Assembly (NCBI GenBank): GCA_034421195.1
Contig: DAOUKP010000023.1
Location: forward strand, 5,710 to 69,709
DNA: 64,000 nt
From: Dehalococcoidia bacterium
GTDB taxonomy: Bacteria; Chloroflexota; Dehalococcoidia; Lucifugimonadales; JADFKI01
Direction: 5' to 3'
Below, piece by piece: positions 24,733 through 34,899 of this stretch. Within the stretch, counting starts at the first letter, position 1. Each line of letters opens with the position of its first letter. The notes beneath the pieces are model-generated. The model saw only the letters and a program-made list of their open reading frames with translations, was not told the DNA's origin and did no database searches. A program made the translations under genes and the position numbers.

Positions 24733-26172
24733 TTAAAGCTGCCGCAGGCGCGGATCGAACCTATCCCGCATCCAGTCGCCAAGGAAGTTCAGCGACATCA
24801 CTACGAGGAATATGCACATGCCGGGGAAGAAGGAAATCCACCAGGCGTCCTGTATGTAATTGCGGCCGTCGTTGACCATAGCGCCCCATGCAGGTGTGGG
24901 AGGCGGAATGCCTGCGCCAAGGTAGCTGAGTATCGCTTCCGTAAGGATGAGCTGCCCGACCCGCAAAGTCGCGAGTACGATGACCGTGTTGATGACGCCG
25001 GGCAACAGGTGCCAGATCATAATGCGGAATGTAGATGCGCCCGCCACCTGCGCCAGACTCACATAGTCCCGTGTCTTCAGTGAAAGCACTTCTCCACGCA
25101 CATTACGCACGAAAGGCGTCCATGACAGCAGCGCAAGCAGTCCAATCAGGATGATGAACGTCTGCCCGATTGCGATGACGACCACAATAGCGACAAGAAT
25201 GAAAGGCAGACCGAGCCAGATGTCGGTGATACGCATTATCACCTCATCTATTAGACCGCCGAACCAGCCTGCCACAAGCCCCATCGACACTCCAATGAGC
25301 AAGCCGCTGATTAGCGCGACGCCTACGACTATGAGCGACACTCGCGCGCCGTGTATCATGCGGCTGAGCAGGTCGCGCCCGATGTTGTCTCCGCCGAGAA
25401 CGTGATCAGTCGTCGGGATACGCACTTTCGCGCGCAAGTTCGCTTGGTCCAAGAACGCCTTGACAATTGCCTCTTCGCTATCGAGTTGGTCGGCTGGGAT
25501 GGTAACCCCAAACCGCGCCGCTGCGGTTTCCACGTCTTGCAGGACAGGCCTTGGCACTGCGGCATCCTGCACCTTCACATCCAGATTCGCTTGTCCGGCG
25601 AAGGCGCTCTTGACAACGGTGCCGCCATAAAGCGGGTCGGCAAGCTGCTCAAGGGAAATTTCTACGCCATATATCTCGGCTGCGTCGATGATATTTAGTC
25701 CGACATCCTCCCAGTATTGCGGCTCGTCGGGGGAGTCCACATTTTTCACCTGCGTGATGGTTGCCAACTCCATAACGGTAGCTCTCACGCCGGCCTGGTC
25801 GTTGAAAGCGCCGCGCACATCACGGGCGTTGCCTATATCGACTTGGGACAAGTCAACGCCATACTGCCCGGCCGCCTCGGTTACACCGGATACGGCAAGC
25901 TCGCCGTCGATTGCCACGATAAGCGGCAAGTCCTGCACGGTTACCAATTCCGGGGCGTACCAGAACGGGGCGAGCGTGGTGTCATCAGGGTCGGCGTGCG
26001 TGGGGCTGTGCGGCGCTATGAAATTCGCGAAAGCCGCGGTAATTATAAGCAATGCCAGCACGACAATAGACACCAGCGGCCAGCGCTTTATTCGATTCCA
26101 AAATCCCGCTATGCCACTCGTTGGAGCGGCAATGTCCCGGGTCAGGTCCGCCGAAAGTTCTGCTTGAGCCAT
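24733..26172 (-). CDS. peptide/opine-type ABC transporter permease (OppC/DppC-like) with a roughly 190-aa internally repeated periplasmic insertion
   Basis: 479 aa versus about 300 for typical OppC. TM1, then three related approximately 45-aa repeats, then the canonical HVLGGDNIGRDLLSR and the EAA-like region SLAQVAGASTFRIMIWHLLPG. Confidence 0.8.
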   Translation of the reverse strand: MAQAELSADLTRDIAAPTSGIAGFWNRIKRWPLVSIVVLALLIITAAFANFIAPHSPTHADPDDTTLAPFWYAPELVTVQDLPLIVAIDGELAVSGVTEAAGQYGVDLSQVDIGNARDVRGAFNDQAGVRATVMELATITQVKNVDSPDEPQYWEDVGLNIIDAAEIYGVEISLEQLADPLYGGTVVKSAFAGQANLDVKVQDAAVPRPVLQDVETAAARFGVTIPADQLDSEEAIVKAFLDQANLRAKVRIPTTDHVLGGDNIGRDLLSRMIHGARVSLIVVGVALISGLLIGVSMGLVAGWFGGLIDEVIMRITDIWLGLPFILVAIVVVIAIGQTFIILIGLLALLSWTPFVRNVRGEVLSLKTRDYVSLAQVAGASTFRIMIWHLLPGVINTVIVLATLRVGQLILTEAILSYLGAGIPPPTPAWGAMVNDGRNYIQDAWWISFFPGMCIFLVVMSLNFLGDWMRDRFDPRLRQL

Positions 26173-26266
26173 AAGTTCACCTTGTCTATCGACAGAGTCG
26201 TTTGCGCGCGCCGCACTTGCGGCAATGTACGCCCTTCAACAGCCTTAGGGCAAACGCGGATTTCTT

Positions 26267-27214
26267 CTATGAGTAGCGTATGCGCGGGTCTATCAGCGCG
26301 TAGAGCATATCGGTAAGGAAATTCATCACCACATACATAGTGGTGAACACCATGACCACGGATACCATAACTGGGAAGTCGTTGTCCTGAATGGACCCGA
26401 ATGCCAGCCTTCCTAGGCCGGGAATCGCAAAGATGGATTCGGTCACCACCGCGCCGGTGATGAAGCCAGTCAGCAGCAGCGAGGAAAAGGTAAGTGGCGC
26501 AATCAGGGCATTGCGGAAGCCATGCTTCCATATAACCCCGTTGTTGGACACGCCTTTGGCGCGAGCGAGTTTGATGAACTCGGAGTCGAATATCTCCAGC
26601 ATAGCGGAGCGCACCAGCCTCAGGTAGCTGGCGGCGGCTATCCAGCCTAGCGTTATCGTGGGCAGGACGTAGTATTCCCACTGGAAGATGCCCTGTCCGC
26701 GCTCGCCAAGCGTGGCGCTGGGGAGCCAGCCCAACTGGACGGAGAATATCAGGATGCCCATAATGCCCACCCAGAAGACGGGCAGCGCCTGCCCAAAGAG
26801 GGCAAATCCTCTGCCGAGCATATCCAAGGCTGTGCCTCGCTTGACGGCAGATAAGACCCCCAATGGTATTCCCACGACGGACGCGAACAAGAACGATGTG
26901 AATGCAAGCCGGAGTGTTACGGGCAGACTGGTTACGACCTTATCGAACACACTCTTGCGGTCTATCAGGCTGTCTTGCCAGTTGCCTTTCATTATATTGC
27001 CAAGCCATACGGCATATTGCCAGATAATTGGCTTGTCCAGCCCCAGTTCTTCACCGAGAGCGTCCCATCTTTCCGGAGTAATGCCGTACCCGCCTTCCTG
27101 CGCGTAAAGATAGCGGGGGTCTCCCGCTGCCCTGGACAGGCTGAAGGTCAACAGCGTCGCGCCAACCAACGCTAGAAAGGCGAATACAATTCGTCTTGCA
27201 AGAAACTGTAGCAT
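26267..27214 (-). CDS. peptide/opine-type ABC transporter permease (OppB/DppB-like)
   Basis: MLQFLARRIVFAFLALVGATLLTF..., EFIKLARAKGVS... typical OppB blocks. Confidence 0.85.
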   Translation of the reverse strand: MLQFLARRIVFAFLALVGATLLTFSLSRAAGDPRYLYAQEGGYGITPERWDALGEELGLDKPIIWQYAVWLGNIMKGNWQDSLIDRKSVFDKVVTSLPVTLRLAFTSFLFASVVGIPLGVLSAVKRGTALDMLGRGFALFGQALPVFWVGIMGILIFSVQLGWLPSATLGERGQGIFQWEYYVLPTITLGWIAAASYLRLVRSAMLEIFDSEFIKLARAKGVSNNGVIWKHGFRNALIAPLTFSSLLLTGFITGAVVTESIFAIPGLGRLAFGSIQDNDFPVMVSVVMVFTTMYVVMNFLTDMLYALIDPRIRYS

Positions 27215-27431
27215 CTCAAAATCCTCTTGTCAGTTGAATGTCTTTCACGACAAACTTGCGAATCGCCAGAGGCTGGAGGCGTCAAACCAGGAACGTGTTG
27301 ACCAAGGCAGATGACAGTGAAATAAGTGTCAACATTACTTGAAAGCGAGTTTAAGGTCGTGGCGCAGACACTCGGATAGAATGTGAATGTCTGCGCCTTG
27401 TAGTTGACGGGATTATCCGGCCAGCCTGAAG

Positions 27432-29369
27432 CTACTGCAACTTGATGGTGCGGATGTTGTTGATGCCGCCCATATTGCCAAGAGCAGTCGGCCGCTGATC
27501 CCAAGTCTCAATGTCGTTAGGGTCGTATGCGGGCCAGATCGGGAACTCAAATACGCCCACGCACAGCGCTTCGCGGCGGTTGTTGGTGTAGAACTCATTA
27601 GCAAGCTCTTCGCGCGCCGCCTTGTCAGGCTCGCCCGCCATTTGCTGGTAAATCCGCGCCGCCCATGGGATTTCCATTCCCACGCCGTAGCCACCCGCGC
27701 TGATGGAGCTCATGACAAACCCATGCGCCCAGTCAAACGGGAAGTTCGAGTGGTTCTCGTCGCCGCAGCCGGTGAACGGTGTCTTGTTCGTGCGGGCGAC
27801 TAGACCCGGGCGGAATGTGCCGTACTCTGTCTTAACGAAGTTGACCTTCACGCCAAGGTTCTGGTCCCAAGCCGCGCCGACAGCCTCACCGACGTCGGAG
27901 TTCAACTCGCTCGTGCCAATCCACAGGTCCATCTCGAAGCCGTCGGGATATCCGGCATCCGAGATTAGGCTCTTGCCCATGTCGTAGTCGGTGCCCCAGC
28001 TCCAGTCATCATTGTAGTTAGGGTTGTTGATGGAGAGGTACGGCTGATGGTTGACTACACCCAAGCCAGCGATGACATTCTCTAGCAGGTCGCCGCGCGG
28101 AATGCTCCACGCCAAGCCGTTGCGGACCAGGCGCGCGCTTTCCATAGACGGGGTGTTCTCGTCAAAATCGGGGCCGTTCTCGAATGGGTTGCCGATGTAT
28201 GGGTACTCTGCCGTGCCTGCGCCTGAAAGGTCGCGGTCGAGCGCATCACCGCCTAGTGCGCTGTGACTCTCCCAATAGTTACCCGACATCGAGATGTTGA
28301 ACATCGCGTTGTGGGCGGTGCCGCGCTGCGCCTCGTAGCCATCTGACAGCAGTCCTGGCATGTCGGCAAGGTTCACGCGCGCGATTTGCGCGGTGTCGCC
28401 TTCCAGCGCCGCGCGCCTGGAAGCGCCGTCAGGAATGTCTATCCATTCCACACTTTCTACGAACGGGCCTATGTTGCCCTCGCCCGCGGCGTAGTAGTCG
28501 GGGAACGCTGTCAGGAAAATGCCCTTCTGCTGTGTCCACTCGTCAACCACGAAAGGACCCACGCCCGTGTAGTCGTCCTGCATGCCCTCAACGCCCTTAT
28601 CCGCGAAGACCTTGCTGCTGACGATGCCCGCCGTCTGCCAGAACTGGCTGAAGCGGTGCAGCATGCCGCGGCTGTCGTAGTTCCGATAATTCAAGCGCAC
28701 GGTGTACTTGTCGATCTCTTCCATGTTCTGGATAAGCGGAGCGAAGTCGCCCGCCTGACCATGAACGCTCTCAGGGTTCGTAACCGAGTTCGCGTCGTTG
28801 AATGAGAACGCCACATCCGTAGAAGTCATCTCGCCAATGCCATGGTGGAACTGGACACCCTCGCGCAGTGTAAACTCACCGAACTCAAGACCGGGATCCA
28901 GCGTGAACTCGGTCGCGAGCATAGGCTCGATAACCGGCGTTCCGGTGTCATCCAGAATTGAATTGAACAGAGTCTCCGTCTGACCGGACATGTAGATGAT
29001 TTCGGCGCAGCCGCCTGCCGATGCAGAGCAGAAGCGCGGAAGTCCATTTGGCGCACCCACAAACGAAGTCGCGATTGTGAGCTTGCTGCCCGGCGCAACC
29101 ATCGACTCCATCGCGCCACCGGTGGGCGCTGCAGGCGCGGGTGCGGGAGCCTGCGGTGCAGGCGCTTGTGGTGGCGTTGTCGCCTGCGCTGCAGGCGCTG
29201 CGGGCGCGGGCGCCGCTGCCTGTGGCGCTGCGGGGGCTGCTGGTGCCTGCGGTGCCTGTGCCGGCGCCGGTGCAGCAGGAGCCGCTCCGCCGCATGCGAT
29301 GGCGCCAATCAGCGCGGTCGCCGCTACCGCCCCAAATAGGAGCTTCTTTCCTAACCATTTAGGTCTCAT
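27432..29369 (-). CDS. ABC transporter substrate-binding lipoprotein, family 5 (OppA/DppA-like) with a long Ala/Pro-rich tether
   Basis: Lipobox GAIACGG, about 60 residues of AP/QAP low complexity, then an SBP_bac_5-like body (about 560 aa). Confidence 0.85.
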   Translation of the reverse strand: MRPKWLGKKLLFGAVAATALIGAIACGGAAPAAPAPAQAPQAPAAPAAPQAAAPAPAAPAAQATTPPQAPAPQAPAPAPAAPTGGAMESMVAPGSKLTIATSFVGAPNGLPRFCSASAGGCAEIIYMSGQTETLFNSILDDTGTPVIEPMLATEFTLDPGLEFGEFTLREGVQFHHGIGEMTSTDVAFSFNDANSVTNPESVHGQAGDFAPLIQNMEEIDKYTVRLNYRNYDSRGMLHRFSQFWQTAGIVSSKVFADKGVEGMQDDYTGVGPFVVDEWTQQKGIFLTAFPDYYAAGEGNIGPFVESVEWIDIPDGASRRAALEGDTAQIARVNLADMPGLLSDGYEAQRGTAHNAMFNISMSGNYWESHSALGGDALDRDLSGAGTAEYPYIGNPFENGPDFDENTPSMESARLVRNGLAWSIPRGDLLENVIAGLGVVNHQPYLSINNPNYNDDWSWGTDYDMGKSLISDAGYPDGFEMDLWIGTSELNSDVGEAVGAAWDQNLGVKVNFVKTEYGTFRPGLVARTNKTPFTGCGDENHSNFPFDWAHGFVMSSISAGGYGVGMEIPWAARIYQQMAGEPDKAAREELANEFYTNNRREALCVGVFEFPIWPAYDPNDIETWDQRPTALGNMGGINNIRTIKLQ

Positions 29370-29614
29370 TTCGTCCCTCCTAATCTGATTTCCGTCTTTT
29401 CACCAAGGGTTCCGGCTCATAGCCTTACCTATGAGTTGCTGGATATTTAACATACATTCAGAGGACAAGTCAAGGCTTTGGATTTGAAATTGAGGCAAAT
29501 GGCACAATTCCACAAGGCTGACATAGGCGGACAGGATGCGAGACAGAGAGGGCATTTTGCGCGACGACATGATAGAATCGCGCGTAGCACAATTTACAAT
29601 GCAGGAGGATTGGA

Positions 29615-30520
29615 ATGGCAGACTTTGAAGGTATTTTGCCCGCAATTATCACACCCATGGGAGAGGACGGCAGGCTGAACGAGGCGGCTTTCCGAGAGGT
29701 GATGGAGTACAACATACAGGCAGGGGTGCATGGATTCTGGATTGCGGGCGGCACGGGAGAGAGCGTGCTGCTCGACGACGAAGAGAACATGCGAATAGCG
29801 GAAGCGGCGGCGGACCAGAATCGCGGGCGTGTCAACAACATCATGCATGTGGGGGCAGCGACCACGGAGCGCGCCGCGAAACTGGCGGAGCATGCCGCCA
29901 AGATGGGCAACGAGGCAATCTGCTGCGTGCCGCCATTCTTCTACCGCCAGAGCGATGACGCGATTGTCGAGCATTACAGGATAGTGGGCGAGGCAGCGGA
30001 CATTCCGCTGTTCGTGTACAACCTGCCGCAGTCCACCGGCGTGGAGATTACGCCTGAGCTGATGCAGAAGATTCAGGACCGCGTGCCGCAGCTCAAGGGA
30101 CTGAAACACTCGGCAATCACTTTCGCCAACGTGCGCGCATTCGCCCACATGGGACTGGACTGCCTAATCGGGAACAGCATGCTGATGCTGCCCGCGCTCA
30201 CGATTGGCGCGACCGGCTGTGTGGACGGGCCTCCGAACTACGCGCCGGAGTTGTGGGTGGATATCTGGAACGCTTACCAGGACGGCGACTGGGACCGAGC
30301 GGAGGCGGCGCAGGACAGGGCGAGCGACGCGACACTGCTGGCGCGCGAGCACGGGCTGCACCCGACCGCCAAGTTCATTCTGAGCGAGCGGCTGGGCATC
30401 GACTGCGGCGACCCGCGCCCACCGGGACTGCCTCTAACGCCGGAGCAGCAGGCGGATGTGCTGGCGCGAATGGGACAGATCGGAATTGGCAAGGTCGCGG
30501 TGGCGCAGGGCGACGACTAG
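29615..30520 (+). CDS. dihydrodipicolinate synthase/N-acetylneuraminate lyase-family (class I aldolase) protein
   Basis: ITPM...GGTGES, FVYNLP, GLKHS (Schiff-base Lys context) motifs of the DHDPS family. Confidence 0.8.
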   Translation: MADFEGILPAIITPMGEDGRLNEAAFREVMEYNIQAGVHGFWIAGGTGESVLLDDEENMRIAEAAADQNRGRVNNIMHVGAATTERAAKLAEHAAKMGNEAICCVPPFFYRQSDDAIVEHYRIVGEAADIPLFVYNLPQSTGVEITPELMQKIQDRVPQLKGLKHSAITFANVRAFAHMGLDCLIGNSMLMLPALTIGATGCVDGPPNYAPELWVDIWNAYQDGDWDRAEAAQDRASDATLLAREHGLHPTAKFILSERLGIDCGDPRPPGLPLTPEQQADVLARMGQIGIGKVAVAQGDD

Positions 30521-30535
30521 GCCAAATTAGAACGA

Positions 30536-30778
30536 ATGGATTTAGTTGAGGTTGAAGGCTTGGCCATGACGATGATTGACGACCGCGAGCGGATAGCGCG
30601 TCTTGAAGAGAGGCGAGAGAACGATGACGAGTGGCGGCGAGAGATGCTATCCTGGATGGAAAGGCTAGAAAGCAGAATGGACAGATTAGAAAGCAAGGTG
30701 GACAGCAATCAGCGATGGACGATTGGATTGCTGGTCATCATCCTGATCGCAATCATCGGCAGCAATTGGATTGGATAG
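30536..30778 (+). CDS. small tail-anchored coiled-coil membrane protein (XhlA-like organisation)
   Basis: 80 aa or fewer (start uncertain; internal ATGs at about 30566 and 30572). RLEERRENDDEWRREMLSWMERLESRMDRLESKVD followed by one TM. Followed by a clear terminator. Confidence 0.4.
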   Translation: MDLVEVEGLAMTMIDDRERIARLEERRENDDEWRREMLSWMERLESRMDRLESKVDSNQRWTIGLLVIILIAIIGSNWIG

Positions 30779-30820
30779 TTCCGCCGCCCTCTCCGGGCAG
30801 GCATAAAGCACAGACGAGTA

Positions 30821-30852
30821 AGGGCAGGCGCAATGCCTGCCCTTCTGTTTTC
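30821..30852 (+). terminator. intrinsic terminator
   Basis: AGGGCAGGC-GCAAT-GCCTGCCCT (9-bp stem) followed by TCTGTTTTC. Confidence 0.65.
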
Positions 30853-30981
30853 GGGCAATTTTTGAAAATACCAGTGTGATTATCCGCGCCTCCCGCCCGT
30901 ATCGTCTATAATTGGGGAATTGGAAGCATCACTAGACGATACGGCGCGAACTGCATCGCGCCGCCAACACAGGAGGCCCAG

Positions 30982-31419
30982 GTGGAAAAATTCTTCGCAA
31001 TGTCCTTAAGAGGCGGTCTATCATTTCTGCTGGGGCTGGGATTCGGCCTAGTCAGTCTTGCGCTGTTTTCCTCGATAATACCGCCCGCCTGGAGTGAGCG
31101 GCTGACGCTCACGGCGCTGTGTGTTGGAATCTGCACTGGTATCGCGGTTTCTATTTGCTGGTTCAAACCTGAGTCAACGCGTAAGGTGATAGCAACTAGC
31201 TTGATCCTAGCGTTCGGCATAGCGATTCTAGGCTCATTCGCGGGCTACTTATACGCCGGCATCTTCGACATTCAAGTTCGCAACGACCGGCTCATATCCC
31301 GCGGCTCTGCGGAAACGTCCGCGATATGGACGTTTGCCGTCGGATGCTCGGCAATCTTCGCAACGGTCATAAGCGGGGCATATTATGCTTTCAGGCTGTG
31401 GCGATACCACGAAGTATAA
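30982..31419 (+). CDS. hypothetical integral membrane protein
   Basis: GTG start after AGGAGG. 145 aa with four hydrophobic segments. No family recognised. Confidence 0.45.
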   Translation: MEKFFAMSLRGGLSFLLGLGFGLVSLALFSSIIPPAWSERLTLTALCVGICTGIAVSICWFKPESTRKVIATSLILAFGIAILGSFAGYLYAGIFDIQVRNDRLISRGSAETSAIWTFAVGCSAIFATVISGAYYAFRLWRYHEV

Positions 31420-31456
31420 TTAAAGATGACTTCAATAGGAGGAAAAGTCCGATATT

Positions 31457-32206
31457 ATGAGAGACAAAGCGATTGAAGGCGTGAATACGCTAACATTCGA
31501 CCTGTTCGGCACGGTGCTGGACCTTGCGGGCAGCCTGATGCCGCACATAGACGAGTTTCTCGCGAAGCGCGAGTCGCCAATCGATGCGGCGGCGTTCTGG
31601 GCGCAGTGGCGTCTGCGGCAGCGCGTGGAGCAGTACCAGGATACCATCCTGATGCTGGGGCACAGCGGCTATCTGACAGTCTGCAAGTATGGCTTCATAT
31701 ACACTCTCCGCTCCAACAACATCGCCTTCAACCAGGAAGAAGTCGAAGAGTTCATGAAGGTTTGGCAGCAGCTCAAGCCGTTTGACGATGCGGTGAAGGG
31801 CTTAGAGCGGCTGAAGGGGCACTACAAGCTGGTCGGTCTGTCGAATGGCGAGCCGTGGTATCTCGACCATCTGGTGAAAAATCGCATCAAGTTCGACTTC
31901 GATGCTGTCATCTCAGTCGAGGAGGCGGGCGCGTTTAAGCCGCATCCGGGGGTGTATCGCAAAGCCGCGCAGATACTTGATGCTGAAGTGGGTGAGATTA
32001 TGATGGTCGCGTCCCATTCTTTCGACATCATGGGAGCGCGCGCTTGCGGCTATCGCGGCGCATACGTCAACCGATACGGGTTGCCGATGGAAGAAACTCC
32101 CTACCAGCCGGACATAATGACCGTTGACTTCGGGCAGCTCGCGGACTACCTCATAGACGGAATCGTGCCCACACTGCCCGACACGCTGCCGTACAGGGAG
32201 GAGTAA
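31457..32206 (+). CDS. haloacid dehalogenase type II / HAD-superfamily hydrolase
   Basis: N-terminal nucleophile motif TFDLFGTVLD, GLSNG, and the late SHSFDIMGA block, as in L-2-haloacid dehalogenases. Confidence 0.7.
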   Translation: MRDKAIEGVNTLTFDLFGTVLDLAGSLMPHIDEFLAKRESPIDAAAFWAQWRLRQRVEQYQDTILMLGHSGYLTVCKYGFIYTLRSNNIAFNQEEVEEFMKVWQQLKPFDDAVKGLERLKGHYKLVGLSNGEPWYLDHLVKNRIKFDFDAVISVEEAGAFKPHPGVYRKAAQILDAEVGEIMMVASHSFDIMGARACGYRGAYVNRYGLPMEETPYQPDIMTVDFGQLADYLIDGIVPTLPDTLPYREE

Positions 32207-32212
32207 GCTGCC

Positions 32213-33325
32213 ATGACCCCAAGTACCGATGCAATCGTAATCGGGGGTGGCGTCATAGGCTGCTCCATCGGCTATCATCTCGCCAAGGCGGGCGTGAAGA
32301 CGACCATTCTTGAGCGCGGAGAAGTCGGGATGGCGGCGTCCAATGCGGCTTCAGGCATCCTTTCTTCTCTCTTCGGCAACCCTACGGACCCTTACACCCG
32401 CCTTGTGAATACCAGCCTGGCGATGTTCCACGAACTCGCGCCGGAGTTGGTGGACGCATCGGGCGTGGATATCGAATTCGCGCAGTGCGGCGAACTCGAA
32501 CTCGCGCTAAGCGAGGAGGAAGCGCAGATGCTTCACGCGGCAGTCGTCGATGGTGGCTGGCGCAGCTCGGAGGCGCAATGGTTGGACGCTGAGGCATTGC
32601 GAGAGATGGAGCCGATGCTCAGCGACCGCATCGCGGGCGGGATTTTCATGCCGGAGGTCTGCCGGGTCAACAACCAGCGCCTGAGCGCGGCATACGCGCG
32701 CGCCGCAGAACGACTTGGCGCGACCGTGCGAGAGCATACAGAGGTCATAGGCATGGTTCGCAGCGGCTTGCGTATAAGCGGCGTTCGCCTGCACAACGAA
32801 GAACTGACGGCAGACCATGTGGTCATCGCAGCCGGTCCCTGGAGCAGCATCATCGCGGAGACGCTGGGAAGCCATGTTCCGGTGCGCCCGGTTCGGGGTG
32901 TCAACCTGAACTTGCAACCTGCCGGTCGCAGCATACAGACAGTCGTTCATGGCGGTTGGGGCTTGCTCGTACCGCGCAACGACGGCTCGGTCATAGCGGG
33001 CGCGACTGTGGAAGAATCGGACTATGACGACCGCGTAACGGCGGGCGCGGTGCAGGACATCATGAATATGTCGGAAGTGCTGGTGCCTTCCCTGCGGGAT
33101 GCGCGCCTGAACTGGGCGCTCGCGGGTCTGCGTCCTGGCTCACCGGATGACGCGCCGATGATGGGCGCGGTGCCCGGCTGGCAGGGACTTCATGTAGCAT
33201 CGGGACACTTCCGCAGCGGCATTCTGCTCAGCGCGATAACCGGCAAGCTGATGGCAGAGCATATTACCGGCGCAAAGCCGGACCTGATCGAGCACTTCAG
33301 CCCGACACGCTTCAGAGGCGCTTAA
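32213..33325 (+). CDS. FAD-dependent oxidoreductase, glycine oxidase (ThiO)/D-amino-acid oxidase-like
   Basis: DAIVIGGGVIGCSIGYHLAKAG dinucleotide fold. C-terminal ASGHFRSGILLSAITGKL resembles the ThiO/DAO signature. Confidence 0.75.
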   Translation: MTPSTDAIVIGGGVIGCSIGYHLAKAGVKTTILERGEVGMAASNAASGILSSLFGNPTDPYTRLVNTSLAMFHELAPELVDASGVDIEFAQCGELELALSEEEAQMLHAAVVDGGWRSSEAQWLDAEALREMEPMLSDRIAGGIFMPEVCRVNNQRLSAAYARAAERLGATVREHTEVIGMVRSGLRISGVRLHNEELTADHVVIAAGPWSSIIAETLGSHVPVRPVRGVNLNLQPAGRSIQTVVHGGWGLLVPRNDGSVIAGATVEESDYDDRVTAGAVQDIMNMSEVLVPSLRDARLNWALAGLRPGSPDDAPMMGAVPGWQGLHVASGHFRSGILLSAITGKLMAEHITGAKPDLIEHFSPTRFRGA

Positions 33326-33342
33326 TCTGTCAGTCTGAGTAG

Positions 33343-34532
33343 TTACTGGTGTCTGCGCCCTTCGTAGGGATGGTCGGCTTCCAGCAGGTCTCCTTCGGCG
33401 AATCTGCTGGCGCGGAAGTCGCGGATGGGATGGTCGGCGCTCTCACCGTGCATGACGAACTCCGCGACCATGCGGCCAACCACCGGGGACAGCTTGAAGC
33501 CATGTCCGCTGAAGCCGACCGCCCAGTACAAGCCTTCGACATGCGACGACCTGTCCAGAATAGGGTTGCCGTCGGGCGTCATGTCGTATAGCGATCCGTA
33601 GCCGCCCCTCTGAGTCGCCGCGCTGAAGCCGGGGAAGCGCATCTTTGCCCTGTCCCAGAATCTCGTGATGGTGTCGTGGTCGGCATTCAAGCCAAATCCG
33701 TCAGGGTTTACTACTTCGGTCAGATCGTCAAAGTCCTCACCGCCGACCAGAGTGCCGTATCCGGCGTCAACTCGGAAATACGCGCCCGTCGTGTAGTCGA
33801 TGATGTTAGTGTTTAGAGTCTCTAACGACGGTGGGCGGCGCAGATGCACCATCTGCACTCTGATGGGAGAGATCGGAAGCGATTCACCAAGTGGAGCCGC
33901 AAGCTGGTTGACCCAGGGGCCAGTGGCGGCAACCACTGCGTCCGCTTCAATTGTGCCGCGCTCCGTATTCACCCCGACGACGCGCCCTCCCTGCGTGAGC
34001 AGCTCGGTTACGGCGCATTCCGTTACAATTTCCGCTCCGTATTCTCTCGCCCTGTCCGCATAGGCGTAGGTAGTAGCGACCGGGTCAGCGTAACCGGAGG
34101 TTGGCTCGTACACGCCGAGAACGATTCCTTCGAGGTTAGCCTGTGGGACGAGTTCGGAGAGTTCGGACGGCGTGAGAGTTTGAATGTTAACGCCAAGCTC
34201 CCGATTCATCTCGACATTCGCGCGGGCAGCCGTCTCATCCCGCTCGCCGAAGAACAGCGCCCTGCCCGTTTCAATGAAGCGCGCGTCACCACCGACCGCG
34301 TCCCCGAAGTTGTGGAATATCCGGCTCGCCTCCATCGCCATCCTGACCAGCGTGGGATGGAGATAGTGTTCGCGCACCATCGCGCCGGACCTGCCGCTTG
34401 CGCCGCCCGCGAGATGCCCCTTCTCCAGAAGGAGCACTTTGCCGGCACCCATCCGGGACAGGTGCATGGCGATGCTTGTACCATTTACTCCGCCGCCTAT
34501 GACTACGACGTTGGCGCTTCTGTTAGGCATAT
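33343..34532 (-). CDS. FAD-dependent oxidoreductase, sarcosine-oxidase-beta/DAO-family
   Basis: ORF track 33343..34605. Start moved to ATG 34530-34532 after GGAGGG. VVVIGGGVNGTSIAMHLSRMG, ...AVGFSGHGFKLSPVVG blocks. Confidence 0.8.
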
Positions 34533-34683
34533 TTCCCTCCGGAGTCTTCGTTGGTTCGGTCGGCGTCGCCTTATAAAGAGGCAACCGCAAAGAGAGATGG
34601 GACATGCGAGCATTCGCTAGGGACTTGCTCCAGCCCTCAACGATTATATGGGGCGTGCCCTTGGCAGTAAAGGACGCGCATGG

Positions 34684-34775
34684 GTAGCGTTCCTTCCGGA
34701 CGGTTGAATCGCAATTTCACCCCCATCCTAACCTTCCCCCATCGAGGGGGAAGGGACCTTGAAGGAAACACTATC
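34684..34775 (+). repeat. G/C-hairpin intergenic repeat with degenerate outer arms (GTAGCGTTCCTTC ... GAAGGAAACACTAT)
   Basis: GCAATTTCACCCCCATCCTAACCTTCCCCCATCGAGGGGGAAGGGACC read directly. Confidence 0.85.
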
Positions 34776-34899
34776 ATTCGCAGGTCGGCGCTTGCGGTTT
34801 CCCTCTTTAACATATGCTTGCCGATACATATAATGTACGCAGATCTACAGATTATGCGTTTGGCAGGCAATCAGGCACTGTTAGGAAGTGAGAAACACC

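Noticed and set aside
29114-29291. GC-rich quasi-tandem DNA (GCAGGCGC/GGTGC units) as a possible VNTR or contingency locus.
   Set aside because: It is in frame within the SBP gene and encodes an Ala/Pro/Gln linker directly after the lipobox. This is a common low-complexity tether, and the repeat units are not exact.
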